A stretch of DNA of 64,000 bases from Octopus bimaculoides (GCF_001194135.2 NC_068982.1:45345665-45409664); one strand, 5' to 3'. Shown: positions 1 to 12,664, counted from the first letter of the stretch. Numbers and translations are program-made. Notes: generated from the letters alone by a model not told the origin.

Positions 1-635
1 TGGGGTTCGACGAGAACCAACTCGCCAACCTGTTTCGTAAGACCTTCAAGCCAGAGTACTTGGATAATTTCCAAAAATCTCTGACTTGGCAGAGTTACAG
101 GAATGCTCTACCTGTTCGCGAAAAGTTATCCAGGCACGGTTTAGCAGTGCCACCGACATGTCCAAGATGCGAGCAGGACAGTGAAACTGTCCAGCACGCC
201 ATCGTACATTGTCGGAAGCTCTCCGGCTTGATGATTTACGTGGAACACGTGTTGTCGCATCTGGGACGAGTACAGCTGTCGGCTGAGTCTATGATAAAGA
301 TGATACCGCCAACTGGACTATCAAAGGAAGGTGAGGCTTGTTTTCTCTGTACGGTAGCAGTATTGAAAGAGTGTATATGGAGGACGAGAATGGAAGGCAT
401 CACGACAGGGTCCGACATATCCGGCCCTGGATTGCTGTTCTACTTCAGATATCACCTGAAGAGCAAGATAGGGCTGGAAAAGAGAACCCTGTCAGAGAAA
501 GTATATGAACGAAGATGGAAGGAAGTAGTGAAAAAGGTGGGTGTAAGTCACCCAAACTAATCATTGAGAAAATAAAAGGCAAACTGCTGGGCCTTATAGG
601 CTGCCGGGTTGAAAAACCCAATCTCCCCTTCTTTT
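1..635 (+). mobile_element. 3' end of an L1/Tx1-like non-LTR retrotransposon (zf-RVT region of ORF2) plus 3' UTR
   Basis: ORF 60-560: WQSYRNALPVREKL...CPRC..DSETVQHAIVHC, a CCHC zinc-binding motif typical of L1/Tx1 ORF2 ends; followed by a microsatellite. Confidence 0.85.
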
Positions 636-671
636 TATAGACATACATGTGTGTAGGTGTATGTATGGGTA

Positions 672-702
<31 letters not shown>

Positions 703-1032
703 ATATATGTGTATATATATATATATTTATATAGATGTGTGTGGGTATNNNNNNNNNNNNNNNNNNNNNNNNNNNNNNNNNNNNNNNNNNNNNNNNNNNN
801 NNNNNNNNNNNNNNNNNNNNNNNNNNNNNNNNNNNNNNNNNNNNNNNNNNNNNNNNNNNNNNNNNNNNNNNNNNNNNNNNNNNNNNNNNNNNNNNNNNNN
901 NNNNNNNNNNNNNNNNNNNNNNNNNNNNNNNNNNNNNNNNNNNNNNNNNNNNNNNNNNNNNNNNNNNNNNNNNNNNNNNNNNNNNNNNNNNATTTGTCTT
1001 TGTATCATCTATGTAAATTAGATCCATAGTGA

Positions 1033-1830
1033 TCATAATAAAAATTTTACGACATTTAACGTTTTCTCGTCCTCCACTTCTATCTGGTAGGGAATTCTTT
1101 CTATGTCCTCGAATGTGGCAAAAAGCCACATTTCGAGTCCAAATCCCCACCATTTGCACACTTTTGTTTTCGCCACTGGTCCCAATTCCGGCTCCTCCTT
1201 GGTTGCAGCCAGCACTGTTGCAACCAACCACTCTGGTTTAATATCTGGTGTAACTCTGGGAATTTGTATTTTTACACTTCTTCTTCCTCTATAACTTGGT
1301 AGCAATGCTATTTTCTCACTTCTTAAAATGTTGGTCGCATGCTTGGTTGCCCCTTCTATAGTGGCGAACCTCACCTCAACCGTACCGAACTTTCTTCCTC
1401 TGTTGATGTACGTGGCTTCATTGACAATTTCACCCAGGCACTCCTCGATTTCTTCTTCCGTCACCATTTCAATTTTACCGGTTTCGACAGCCTGTGTACG
1501 ATACACTACTGTCCTCAGAATCTTATTTTCGTTAGTCTCTTTTGGGGAACACAATTTGTACGAGTCTCTCTCAACTACTATCAAATTCCTGCTTCTGGAC
1601 ACCTCCTCCATATCCAACTTGATTAACTTAGTTTCCAGCGGCACTGGCTTCCTCACCGCAGTGGCCTTGGCGTAGCTCTCCATACTGGAGACACTACCAC
1701 TTGCCATAGATGGGAAAAATGCAGCAGCTCACGTGAAATGCAACCGTAATAATTCCACAAAAATCAGAATTATTCACCGAGACAGTTTTCACAAAGTAAC
1801 ACAACAGTATTCACAATAATTCACGGAGCC
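1033..1830 (-). mobile_element. Probable ORF1 (truncated) and 5' leader of a Tx1/L1-like element
   Basis: 224-aa ORF beginning MASGSVSSMESYAKA (SYA motif) with an RRM-like GTVEVRF segment; it breaks off where a zinc knuckle would be expected; GC richer than its flanks. Confidence 0.5.
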
Positions 1831-2027
1831 GTTATACCGCGAAGCAGTTCGCTCGGCGTGCTAACGATTCTGCCAAAATAACGAAAAGATACAGAATGCA
1901 CCTCAATTCAAATCAACCGGTCGCTAAATCGGAGAAAGGAGAAAGAGGATAGAAAGAAAGAAAAAGATAAACATAAAACAAGAAAATAAATCAGATATTT
2001 TCTGTCACCAAAGGATATATAAATAAT

Positions 2028-2268
2028 TTAACCCATTAGTGCCCGAATATTTTTATTTGATTACCAAATAATTATTACCAAAAATCTTTTTTTAATACAA
2101 CTTTATCTGATACTAAATATATAAAAAAAATTTATTACAATATTTGAAAGACATTTCAGTCTTAATGACTAACTAAAGATATCTTAGAAGAATACAGATG
2201 TTGCAGAAATATGATGGATTATCCTTCTGGTCCTAAAAAAAAAGGACGATGAGCGCTGATAGGTTAAT
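2028..2268. mobile_element. TTAA-bounded MITE-like element
   Basis: ttaacccattagtgccc ... gagcgctgataggttaa form an imperfect TIR pair with TTAA ends. Confidence 0.4.
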
Positions 2269-2647
2269 AGTCTGTTTTCTTAAACTATGATTTTTTTAAA
2301 ACCAGATATTTATTCCATCAGCTACTAAGATAAACTGTGCACATATTTCCGCACCATTATCACAATGCGACGTAGATGGAGGAAACTATCAAAGTACATG
2401 TCGACACAAAGGCCAAAAGTCAACCACCATTAAATTCAGCGACCATGCTCCAACACATGCACGGATGCAAACAGATAAGGAGACAAAGATAAATCTATTA
2501 ATATATTACTTACTATGGAGAGAAAGAAAAAAAAATTCAAAGAAAACACAGTATATTAACAAGCCAAATGATTTATATCTTATGGAAACAGAAAATATTA
2601 TTATCTACTCATTTATTTTCTCGTTTTATGTTTGTTTTCCTTTTTAT

Positions 2648-3250
2648 CTCCCCCCCCCTACTTAAACGTATGTGTTCTGTTACAATAAACTTTACTGCAG
2701 TAGTTACCATGAGAGAAATTATCATATTAGCTTTTGGTGTAAAATGCACACTTGTTTATATTGTTAGCGGGGAGATAAATATTTCAGCAATCCAGCGCCA
2801 AATACACGCACTGTAAAGTTTATTCTAACAGAATATCCACATTTAAGTGGGAATAAATATTACCTCTCGGTATTAATACTGCCTCTGTCGTTTATTTATA
2901 TATTTTTTTAATATGCTCACAGGCTAATCGCGACACCAGTGCCTGTTTAGACACTGATTTTCTATATATTGCTAGCAGGAAGATGAGTCGCTGCTATCAC
3001 TAGCGGTTGAGCGTCCATCACCGATGAGACCAGAGAAAGTCAAAATCGCGTGTTCTGGTGGTCTCGGCGCTAAATTTGGTGGGGATCTATCTCTCCCCAA
3101 GCGATAAAAACAAGCGTGTATTTGGCACCAAAAGCTTTTATGAGAGTTTCTCTCATGGTATCTATCGTAGTATAGTTTGTTCTAACAGAAAATCCACGTT
3201 TAAGTGGGAATAGATATTAGCTCTTGGTATTGTTGCCTCTGTCGCTGATA
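2648..3250. repeat. Composite repeat with internal inverted and direct arms (non-autonomous DNA element-like)
   Basis: About 2706-2780 is the reverse complement of about 3085-3160; about 2815-2890 is a direct repeat of about 3170-3245; a related copy lies near 20933-21000. Confidence 0.55.
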
Positions 3251-3794
3251 TATAAATTTGCACAACTGTATGTCGGTAAGAGTAGACTTAATTACCGTGA
3301 AATTATGATCTCTTCAGACATAATTATCTCTATGTTACAAGAAGTTGAAGGGGAGCAGATGAAGCATGCACAACGGGAACATAGACAGTCCTCAACACGA
3401 AAGCATATTTACAAGAGATCGTGTTTAAAGATTTAAAATATATATATAAAATAAATAAAATAGTTAGGGTTAAAAGCTGTTCTTGTGTGGTGGAGATATG
3501 TGCGTAAATAACATCACCATAATTGTGAGAGTTTGTTTTTCTTAGATGGAAATTATCAGATAAAAGAAAACAGTCTTTTAGTCTTCTTACTGAAGGAAGA
3601 CACAAGTAGAGACCCATGAAGTGCCCGAGAGGTCAGCAAGATTCACTCAATACAATGTATGTATCTCTAAAATTCGTACTAGTTACTGTCTAGTACCCAC
3701 GACCAAATTGAAATCGACACCATGCAGTTTAGTTTCAGTCTAAAACAAACAATGACAAACAAAACAAATTATTAGACATTATTAAGTGCAATGA

Positions 3795-4445
3795 AAGCGG
3801 CGAGCTGGCACATCAAACAAATTGCTTAGTGGCATTTCGTCCATCTTTACGTTCTGAGTTCAAATTCCGTCGAGGTCGACTTTGCCTTTCATCCTTCCAG
3901 GGTCGATAAAATAAGTACCAGCTGAGTACTGGGATTGATGTAATCGACTATCCCCCTTCCCAAAAGTTCACTCTTTGTGCCTATAGTAGAAGGGGTTATT
4001 ATTATTATTAAGGCGGCGAGCTGGCAGAATTGTTAGCATGCCGGGCAAAATGTTTAACGGCATTTTATATCCGTCTTTATGTTCTGAACTCAAATTCTGT
4101 CGAGGTCAACTTTGTTTTCCATCGTTTCAGGGTCGATAAAATAAGTATCAGTTAAGTTCTGGTGTCGATGTAATCGATTTTTCCACTCTCCTGAACTTTC
4201 TGGCTTTGTGCCAAAAATTGAAATCATTATTAAGTGTAATGAAGGTGATGAGCTGGCAGAATTGTTAGCACAGCGGGAAAATTGCTTAACAACATTTCAT
4301 CTGTCTTTATGTTCTGAGTTCAAATTCTGCGAAGGCCGACTTTATTTTTCATCATTTCGAAGTCGATGAAATAAGTAGCAGTCATGATCTGGGGACAAGG
4401 TTATCGACTAGTCCTCTTCTCCAAAATTTCAGGCCTTGTGACTAT
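3795..4445 (+). mobile_element. Three tandem copies of tRNA-related SINE family A (ggcggcgagctggcagaa...)
   Basis: Three repeats of about 200 bp with A-box-like tggcagaat and B-box-like gagttcaaattc; more than 15 copies across the window. Confidence 0.85.
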
Positions 4446-4904
4446 AGCCGAAAGAAAGTTAAAATTAAGGGGGAATGTGTACTTTGAATTCAAGCGTAAA
4501 AAAATGAGGAGCGTGCAACATTTTGAATAAATCGATACCCAATAGAAACGATAAGAATGAATAAAGCGCTAAACCTTATTTCTCAAATCACGCCAATAAA
4601 ACAGAAGGATTTAAATGGAACCGAAAAATAATGTTCCCATACTAGGCACAGGTGTGGCTGTGTGGTTATGAAGCTTGCTTTCTAATCATGCCGTTTTGAG
4701 TTCAGTCCCACTGAGCAACACCTTGGGCAAGTGTCTTTTACGATAGCTTCTGGCCGAGCAAAGCCTGATGAGTGGATTTGGGAGACGGAAACTGAAAGAT
4801 ACGAGAAAAGGTTTTATAGAGAGACAGAGTGGCCGTACGCTGGGATATGCTGGGGCACCATCTTTAAAGGTTTTTGACCCCAATATTTTATATTTTGTTT
4901 AAAG

Positions 4905-5530
4905 CTTGGTACTTAATCTATTGTCACTTGAGCACAAAAAGAAACCAGCATCAGTTGTCAAACAGGAGTTGGGGTTGGCGTGACAAACACACACACACAC
5001 ACACACACACACGCGCATGCACGCGCATGCACGCGCGCGCGCACATATCTCCCGTATATACATATGTACACACACAAACACACCTTCTTGACTTACGACC
5101 TATGCAACTTACGGCCATCCACACTTACGGCCATGATAAATAAATAAATAAATAATCGATTTTCGGACGTCGGGCAGCTGTGCGTACGATAACTATGGCA
5201 GCATCTGGCAATGCAAGCCGCCCTCAGACCCAGGTATCCACTGGCTGCCACTGTCTCTCATGCAGTCGCTTTCAAGCATCAGCTATGTTTGAATAAAAAT
5301 AATGTTGAAAAATATTAATCCGATATACGATCAGATCGATTTACGACCTATCAGTCGGAACGGAACTCAGTTGTAAGTCGAGGAGTAGGTCTATATATAT
5401 ACGGCAGGTTCCTACACAGCTTCCACCTACCAAATACACTCACAAAGCATTGGTCGGCCTGGGGTTATAGTGGAAGACACTTGACTGAACAATGGGACTG
5501 AACTAGACACCACATGGTTGCAAGGCGAAC
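4905..5530 (-). mobile_element. SINE family B copy interrupted by a MITE
   Basis: Matches the reverse complement of the copy at 50110-50516, split at its internal CA/TA microsatellite. Confidence 0.7.
5081..5389. mobile_element. Tigger/pogo-like MITE nested in SINE B
   Basis: TIRs ccttcttgacttacgacc / gttgtaagtcgaggagtag; superfamily inferred from TIR similarity. Confidence 0.6.
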
Positions 5531-6446
5531 TTCTTAACCACACGGATATGCTTTCGCCTACATGCATATTTTACAATTAAACTTTTAATACCAAAAATGG
5601 AACTACCACAAAATGTATTTATAAAACATTCGTTGAGAAAGAAAAAGAGACGTGAAATAAAAGTAAATTTAGATTTCAACACACTTGCCAATTTTAGAAG
5701 ATAAATATGGAATATATCAAGTTTTGAGGTTGTACACTTTATAGTGGTGAATACTTTATAAGTTCAGCTGTTGTATTATTTGGTCTCTGATAATCAAGGA
5801 GAACATCATGCTCTCACATTCTGTCTCTTGAAGATTTGTGTACTGCTGATTTATATCAGCAACACCCATCAAAGGAATGTGGTCCTTGTAGCGCTTTCGC
5901 TTTCAGAATACGGTTTATTTAGGAAGATATAATAATTAAAACCCAAAATATATCAAATATAGAAATAGAATATTTGAATAATGAAAATTTAATGAATAGA
6001 ATATAAACAAGAAGAAATATGAAAAATAAAAAGAAGCATTGAAACTATAAACAGCAAGACCATTAAATCCTGAAAAAATACCTTGCACAAGCAAAATACG
6101 TAAGTGGAATTAATAAAATCCGAATGTATCATACCTGCAAAAAATACGTAGCAAAAACGAAATGTGAACTTGAGGTAGAGGATAATCTATGGGAAGAGAT
6201 AGTTCTTCTTTTACTTCTTTCAGTCATGTGACTCCGGCCATGGTGGAGCACCGCCTTAAAGAGATTTTAGTCGAAGAAATGAACCCCAGGACTTATTCTT
6301 TGTAAGCCTAGTACTTATTCTATCGATGTCTTTTGCCGAACCACCACATCGGTTGTTGTCAAGCGATAGCGGGGAACACCAACACAGACACAAACGCACG
6401 CACACACACACTCATGTATGTACATAAATAAATAAATAAATAAATA

Positions 6447-6481
<35 letters not shown>

Positions 6482-6754
6482 NNNNNNNNNNNNNNNNNNN
6501 NNNNNNNNNNNNNNNNNNNNNNNNNNNNNNNNNNNNNNNNNNNNNNNNNNNNNNNNNNNNNNNNNNNNNNNNNNNNNNNNNNNNNNNNNNNNNNNNNNNN
6601 NNNNNNNNNNNNNNNNNNNNNNNNNNNNNNNNNNNNNNNNNNNNNNNNNNNNNNNNNNNNNNNNNNNNNNNNNNNNNNNNNNNNGAAAAAAAAAAGAAGC
6701 AAAAGTAAAAAAGAAACAAAAATAGTGTTATTTTTTTTTAAACAAAATCCCAAA

Positions 6755-7600
6755 GTTACCCAAAGTGCTCCATTTGTTATTGATATGCATATGAATTCAT
6801 AGTCTGGATATAGAAGCTGGAGGTTTCAAAGCAGTTGTCCATAGATATCCTCTTCTTCTTTGATTTTCTAAGAGATATTTATATCTGCAGCGCAGCTGAC
6901 CTCTATGATGATGCATATCTTTGCCCCTCAGTCCCAAACAACAATATCCGGCCTGTTATGTTTACATTTGACAGAAGTTTTGATGGGAATATTCCACCAA
7001 TATTCCTTGAGTTGGTGTTTATGAATGTATTCCATAACAAAGGGATTTTCTAAGTTTATTTCAGGACAGTCTTTTTTTGCGTATGGCATTGTAAATTGTT
7101 TCAGCAACAACATTGCGCACATAGGGAGGTGGTACCGTGACGACATTTTAGGACAGCTGCTAATTACATGTGTGATGTCTTCTACAGAAACATGACATAG
7201 CCTACACATGCGGTTGCACCTTGGGATTACAAGAGTGTCACTGTCTCTCTTGTTCATCAGGTACTTTGTGGCAATCTCCTGTTCCTGGATTGCAAACGCA
7301 TAGCCTTCAAAGTGTGATGTGATGTAGTGATCTTGTGTCCAAGAGAGGCTGCGCTTCGTGTCAATTCTACTGTCTTCTTCAAGTTTTCGGGCATGCATAG
7401 TCTTTTTTTTTTTTTTTTTTTGTGTGCTGAGTGCTTTTCAACCAGGTCTTCTCTGAGGTAAGAGAACCCAGCTGTTTTGGGGCTGAAAAGGAGATCACTA
7501 GGAAGAGAGTGCTTCTTGAGGAGTTCACTGCCAGCTCGTACAATGTTGCTCACTTCACTTTTCAGCACTGCATTTATGTTTATTTTTGCTGCTGTTGTTT
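6755..7600 (-). mobile_element. Decayed R4/Dong-type non-LTR retrotransposon C-terminus (CCHC plus restriction-like endonuclease)
   Basis: FAIQEQEIATK, CRLC...EDITHVISSC, HNRPDIVVWD, then CIIIEVSC with stops and frameshifts. Confidence 0.8.
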
Positions 7601-7990
7601 AGCAGATGCTATTTGAGTGATACCATACAGAATTCGAAGGTCGTCTGACTGATCTCGGGCCTCTACCACATGTATGTATGTATGTATGTATGTATGTATG
7701 TATGTATGTATGTATGTATGTATGTATTGATCACCACTCTCTGTGAAGCCAGGCGTCTCACTGATCACTTGGAAACTACCTCCTTTGAAGACATACGCAG
7801 GACCATCCTTGCAGAAAATATATACTGGAATAACAAGGACATAGCAACCAGACCTGATCAGCCTACCTTCTCTTGCAGCCTCTGCGGTTGTGCCATTTTG
7901 TCCCAAATCGGACTCGTTGGGCATCTGCAGCCTTGCAATAGACGTAGATATCTCTTCGTAAATCTTCGCTCACGAAGCCAAGCCATGCCA
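7600..7990 (+). mobile_element. RTE/BovB-like LINE 3' end with an (ATGT)n insertion
   Basis: FSCSLCG..LSQIGLVGH..C terminal motif and 3' UTR tcttcgctcacgaagccaagcc. Confidence 0.7.
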
Positions 7991-8022
7991 GTTTTCATGC
8001 ACACACGCACGCATATACACAC

Positions 8023-8077
<55 letters not shown>

Positions 8078-8166
8078 NNNNNNNNNNNNNNNNNNNNNNN
8101 NNNNNNNNNNNNNNNNNNNNNNNNNNNNNNNNNNNNNNNNNNNNNNNNNNNNNNNNNNNNNNNNNN

Positions 8167-8223
<57 letters not shown>

Positions 8224-8716
8224 CCTCTCTCTCTCTACTCGAGTTTCAGTTTCAATAATTTGTTATCGAAGAACGAAAGAATAAAAAAAAGTAACAACAA
8301 ATAAAGGTTGAAAGGAAAATGACTTACTGAAACTAAAACTCGAGTTGTGACAAAGACTATCAATTTGAGTTTTAATAAAGAAAAGCCGCCATGTGTTGTG
8401 CACTCTTAATTTATCCGACATAAATCAACGTACACACACACACACGTCTATATAAGTATGTATGCATGTGTGTTTTGACAATCGGAATATTTGTTTACGT
8501 CGCTGTAAGATAGCAGTTCGACTAAAGACAGACTTAAATAAATCTCAGACTTAAAAACAAATGTATAACAGTCAATTTCATGAACTAAATCCTCCAAGGG
8601 AGTATCACAGCATAGTCACAGTCCAATGATTGAGATGAGTAATAAGTAATATTAGTTGCAGAGGATTTTTTTTTCTCAAACCCTTATCACCAACTTCATA
8701 CAGAAAACTTGAAGAA

Positions 8717-9401
8717 GGCATTCCTACAGATGTGTACCCCACCGACATTGTTTCCTCATTACTTCCAGAAAATTGGATATTTTTTAATGAAATTTTCTAC
8801 GAATACGCTCCAGATGGTGTAGATTCTGATTACTTTGGAATTTATTGTGGAAAAGATTTTCTGTGGGTGGGAATAAGAGTTTCAGGTAATTCACACAGGT
8901 TGGCTTTCTTGACCCATAACTTTCAGAAAAATAGGCATTTTTTCATGAAATTTTCTACAAATACTTTTCTGATTGTGTAGATTAGAATTACATCGGAATT
9001 TGATGTGAAACGTAAAATAGTGAACACACACACATACATATTGACACGCGTCACAATTTTTTTCGAAATTTCAAGTTTCATTTTGTATGACTTGTGTTGT
9101 TATGTATGTGTACAAGTCCACACATTTTTTCATATTAAATTCCGATATAATCATAATCTACCCAATCTGAAAAGTATTTATAGAAAATTTCATAAAAAAT
9201 TACCCATTTTTCTGAAAGTAATGAGTAAAAAAGGTTGTCACATGTGAAAGTTGTCTCGTGAAGTTCCTCGCCCCACCCTCGAAAAACTTTTTTCACTACA
9301 TATTCCGATATAATGAGAATCTACACTATCTGAAGCATACTTGTAGTAAATTTCATTTACAAATATCCATTTTCTGAAAGTACACATCTGTAGGAAATCC
9401 C
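8717..9401. mobile_element. Foldback/MITE with long inverted arms containing subrepeats
   Basis: ttcctacagatgtgtac / gtacacatctgtaggaa at the ends; about 8915-9010 is the reverse complement of about 9125-9240. Confidence 0.7.
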
Positions 9402-9442
9402 TTGAAGAAAACACTGAAAGCTTCGTTAGGACGATAATAATC

Positions 9443-9540
9443 TGGTCTCTTTATTTACTACCTGGTCTCTTTATTTCTTCTCTTTGTTTACTACCTGGTC
9501 TCTTTATTTACTCTTCTGGTCTCATTATTTACTACCACTG
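9443..9540 (+). repeat. Short tandem repeat (ctggtctctttatttacta-like unit, about 4 copies)
   Basis: Visible directly in the sequence. Confidence 0.7.
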
Positions 9541-10129
9541 AAACTATCTTATAAGCTACAAGACAAAATCAAAGAATGGGATGATTTCACAAAAAATATT
9601 GTAATAACATCCTGGATTATATTTAAGACGTAGTACCAACTGATTCGCAACACGAAGGCGTACATGAATTGTTTTTATCAACTTCATCTCAGAGGCGCAT
9701 AGCTTTCCGAATATCCGTGCCTGTAAAAACGCAATAATATAACTAGGATTGGAAGTACCCAGTTACAGGAGTGTTTCGAACATGAACGTGGATTAGCGGC
9801 TGTTCTTTAAGACGGGACACGAATTATGGAATGAAACATTCCTCAAGAGAACGTATCAATTACAAATTTAAAGCTCAAATTTGCAAAGCCACACAAAGAG
9901 CTCAAAGAATTCTTGGATTTATCAATTTTTCAGTTTACTGAAATCTTATGTCGCTTACTTGTTTCAGTTACTAGACTGCGGCCGTTTTGAGGCTTCGTTT
10001 TAACGAATCTGGTCGAGCAAATTGACCGCTGTACTTATCATTATTTTTAGTCTGGTACTTATTCTATCGATGTCTTCTGCCGAACCGCAGATTTACGAGG
10101 GGTTAAACGAACCGACCCTAGTTGTCCAG

Positions 10130-10177
<48 letters not shown>

Positions 10178-10493
10178 NNNNNNNNNNNNNNNNNNNNNNN
10201 NNNNNNNNNNNNNNNNNNNNNNNNNNNNNNNNNNNNNNNNNNNNNNNNNNNNNNNNNNNNNNNNNNNNNNNNNNNNNNNNNNNNNNNNNNNNNNNNNNNN
10301 NNNNNNNNNNNNNNNNNNNNNNNNNNNNNNNNNNNNNNNNNNNNNNNNNNNNNNNNNNNNNNNNNNNNNNNNNNNNNNNNNNNNNNNNNNNNNNNNNNNN
10401 NNNNNNNNNNNNNNNNNNNNNNNNNNNCTCACTTGTTGTAGCCTGATGTTAGGATTCTTTTTGTTTTCAACAGTCTAATCTATTGAGTGTATA

Positions 10494-10580
<87 letters not shown>

Positions 10581-10585
10581 TAATT
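10494..10585. repeat. (TAA)n microsatellite
   Basis: Perfect trinucleotide run. Confidence 0.95.
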
Positions 10586-11194
10586 TTCATATGTCTTCTT
10601 AAACATTCTCTAGAACAATACTATGTGCAAAACCAAATTCCGACCTCGGCAGAATTTTAATTCAGAACGTAGCGGCAGACAAAACACCGCTAAGCATTTT
10701 GCCCAGCGTGTTAACAATTCTGCCAGCTTGCTGTCTTAATAATAATAATCCTTCTTACTATGGGCACAGGACCAGAAATTTTTAAGGGGAGGGATCTTGT
10801 AGATTACTTCGACTCCAGGGCTTCAGTGGTACTTAGTTCACCGACTCCGAAAAGATAAAAGACGTGCACAGATATGCACAGATATACGCACATGCACATA
10901 CTCGAGGAAATAAAGAAACGGAAAAAAATAGCACCCAACACGTTTGTTTGGAGTTACAAGTATTTGATAAGTTTGCACTATACATGAAAGTTTGGAGCTT
11001 TAAGTCACGTGGAGCTTTAAGCCATGACGAAGCTGAGTCAAGCTGTTATCACACTGACAGACAGACATACACACACACTCACACAGACAGACAGACAGAC
11101 ACACGCACACATATACACGCACACATACACACATACCCAGGCACACACATATCTGTTTGAGTATGCTTCTGTGTATGTATGCTTCTGTCAAGTG

Positions 11195-11850
11195 AAGGCT
11201 CGTGGCTTAGTGGTCAGAGTATTGGGCTCATGACTGTAAGGTCATGAGTTCGATTCCCCGCAGCGCATTATGTCCTTGAGCAAAACACTTTATTTCAGAT
11301 TGCTCCAGTCCACTCAGCTTGCAAAACTGAGTCGTACCTGTATTTGAAAGGGCCAGCCTTGTCACACTCTGTATCACATTGAATCTCCCTGAAAACAATG
11401 TTAAGGATGCTTGTGACTGTAGAGCATTGATTCTCAACCAGGGTCCATATGATCCCCGAGAATCAGCATAAGATTTTTGGGGGCCCACAAAGAAATTGGG
11501 GATCCAAATAGTAAATTAATAGTAAATAGTAAATTGGGGGATCCAAATAGTATTTTAAGGGCCCCTGAAAAAATTTTGCTTGAGATATATGCATTAGTAT
11601 GCATTGCAAAAAATTGCTTGGTTTCTTTCTCTAACATTTTACATAGTTCAACCTACACAAGTTAATGTGTGAAAAACAAAATAAGAATTTTGAAAGAAGC
11701 TTCTATAAAACTAGCTTTAAAACATAGGTAAAAAGTGGTCGAGAACCCCTGATGTAGAGTGCTCAGCCACTTGCACATTAATTTCACGAGCAGGCTGTTC
11801 CATTGACCAGATCAGCTAGAACTCTCATCGTCATAACTGATGGAGTGCCA
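11195..11850 (+). mobile_element. tRNA-head SINE family C, interrupted by a hAT MITE
   Basis: gtggcttagtggtcagag...gagttcgattccc head; body shared with copies at 12835-13190, 17245-17560 and 45270-45662. Confidence 0.8.
11425..11750. mobile_element. hAT-type MITE with 8-bp TSD
   Basis: TIR cattgattctcaacc / ggtcgagaacccctg; TSD ctgtagag (11417-11424) / atgtagag (11751-11758). Confidence 0.75.
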
Positions 11851-12354
11851 GTATGCTTCTGTAATTAGGAGTTGCACTGTTTACAGGTCATTAATTTTGT
11901 CTTAATTACGTAATCTAAAACATGATAAGCTTTGAGCTACATTCGTTAAAGACTTGTCTTGAAAAATATATCAACCTACTGATTAAGCTATTCGTCATTA
12001 CTCAAACGAGTCACAGTGCTTGGCCTAGCTTCCTTGCTTACTTCACCATGGTGAAATTTAGGGATTGTGGGGTCCTGTACTGGAAGTACAGTCTTGTATG
12101 TTTGCATCATTGTAATGCAGATGTCATGAATGTAAGTGTTTTCAGGCTGTTTATAAGGTGTTGCAATGTGTGTGTGTGTGTGTGTGTGTGTTATTACGTA
12201 GTAATTTATTGCGTATTTATTGATGTCTGTGAAGTTTCTGTGCTATTTGTTTGGAAATTGGTATCTTGATTATTTTTATTTGTGTTGTTGTTTGTTGCAT
12301 CATGCGAGATAAAATCGTTGGTGGAACTGGAAACATTAACAGAGAAATAATTCT

Positions 12355-12560
12355 TTCTGCTATAGGCACAAGGCCTGACATTTTGTGAGAAGACGCTAGT
12401 CGATTACATTGACATCAGTATACAACTGGTACTTATTTTATCAACTCTGAAAGGATAAGAAGTAAAGTCGACCTTGGTGGAATTTGAACTCAGAACATAA
12501 AGCCGGACGAAATGCCGCTAAACATTTGTCTGGTGTGCTACGTTTTTGTCAATTCGCTGC
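12355..12560 (-). mobile_element. SINE family A copy
   Basis: Reverse complement of the family A sequence. Confidence 0.8.
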
Positions 12561-12664
12561 ATTGTTAACAACGAAATAATGGCAGAAGTTCTGTTTTTTA
12601 TTTCTTGTGTTACGTTTTGTTGTGATTCGAGATACGTTTGATGCTTAGTGTTGTCTGCATGCAT

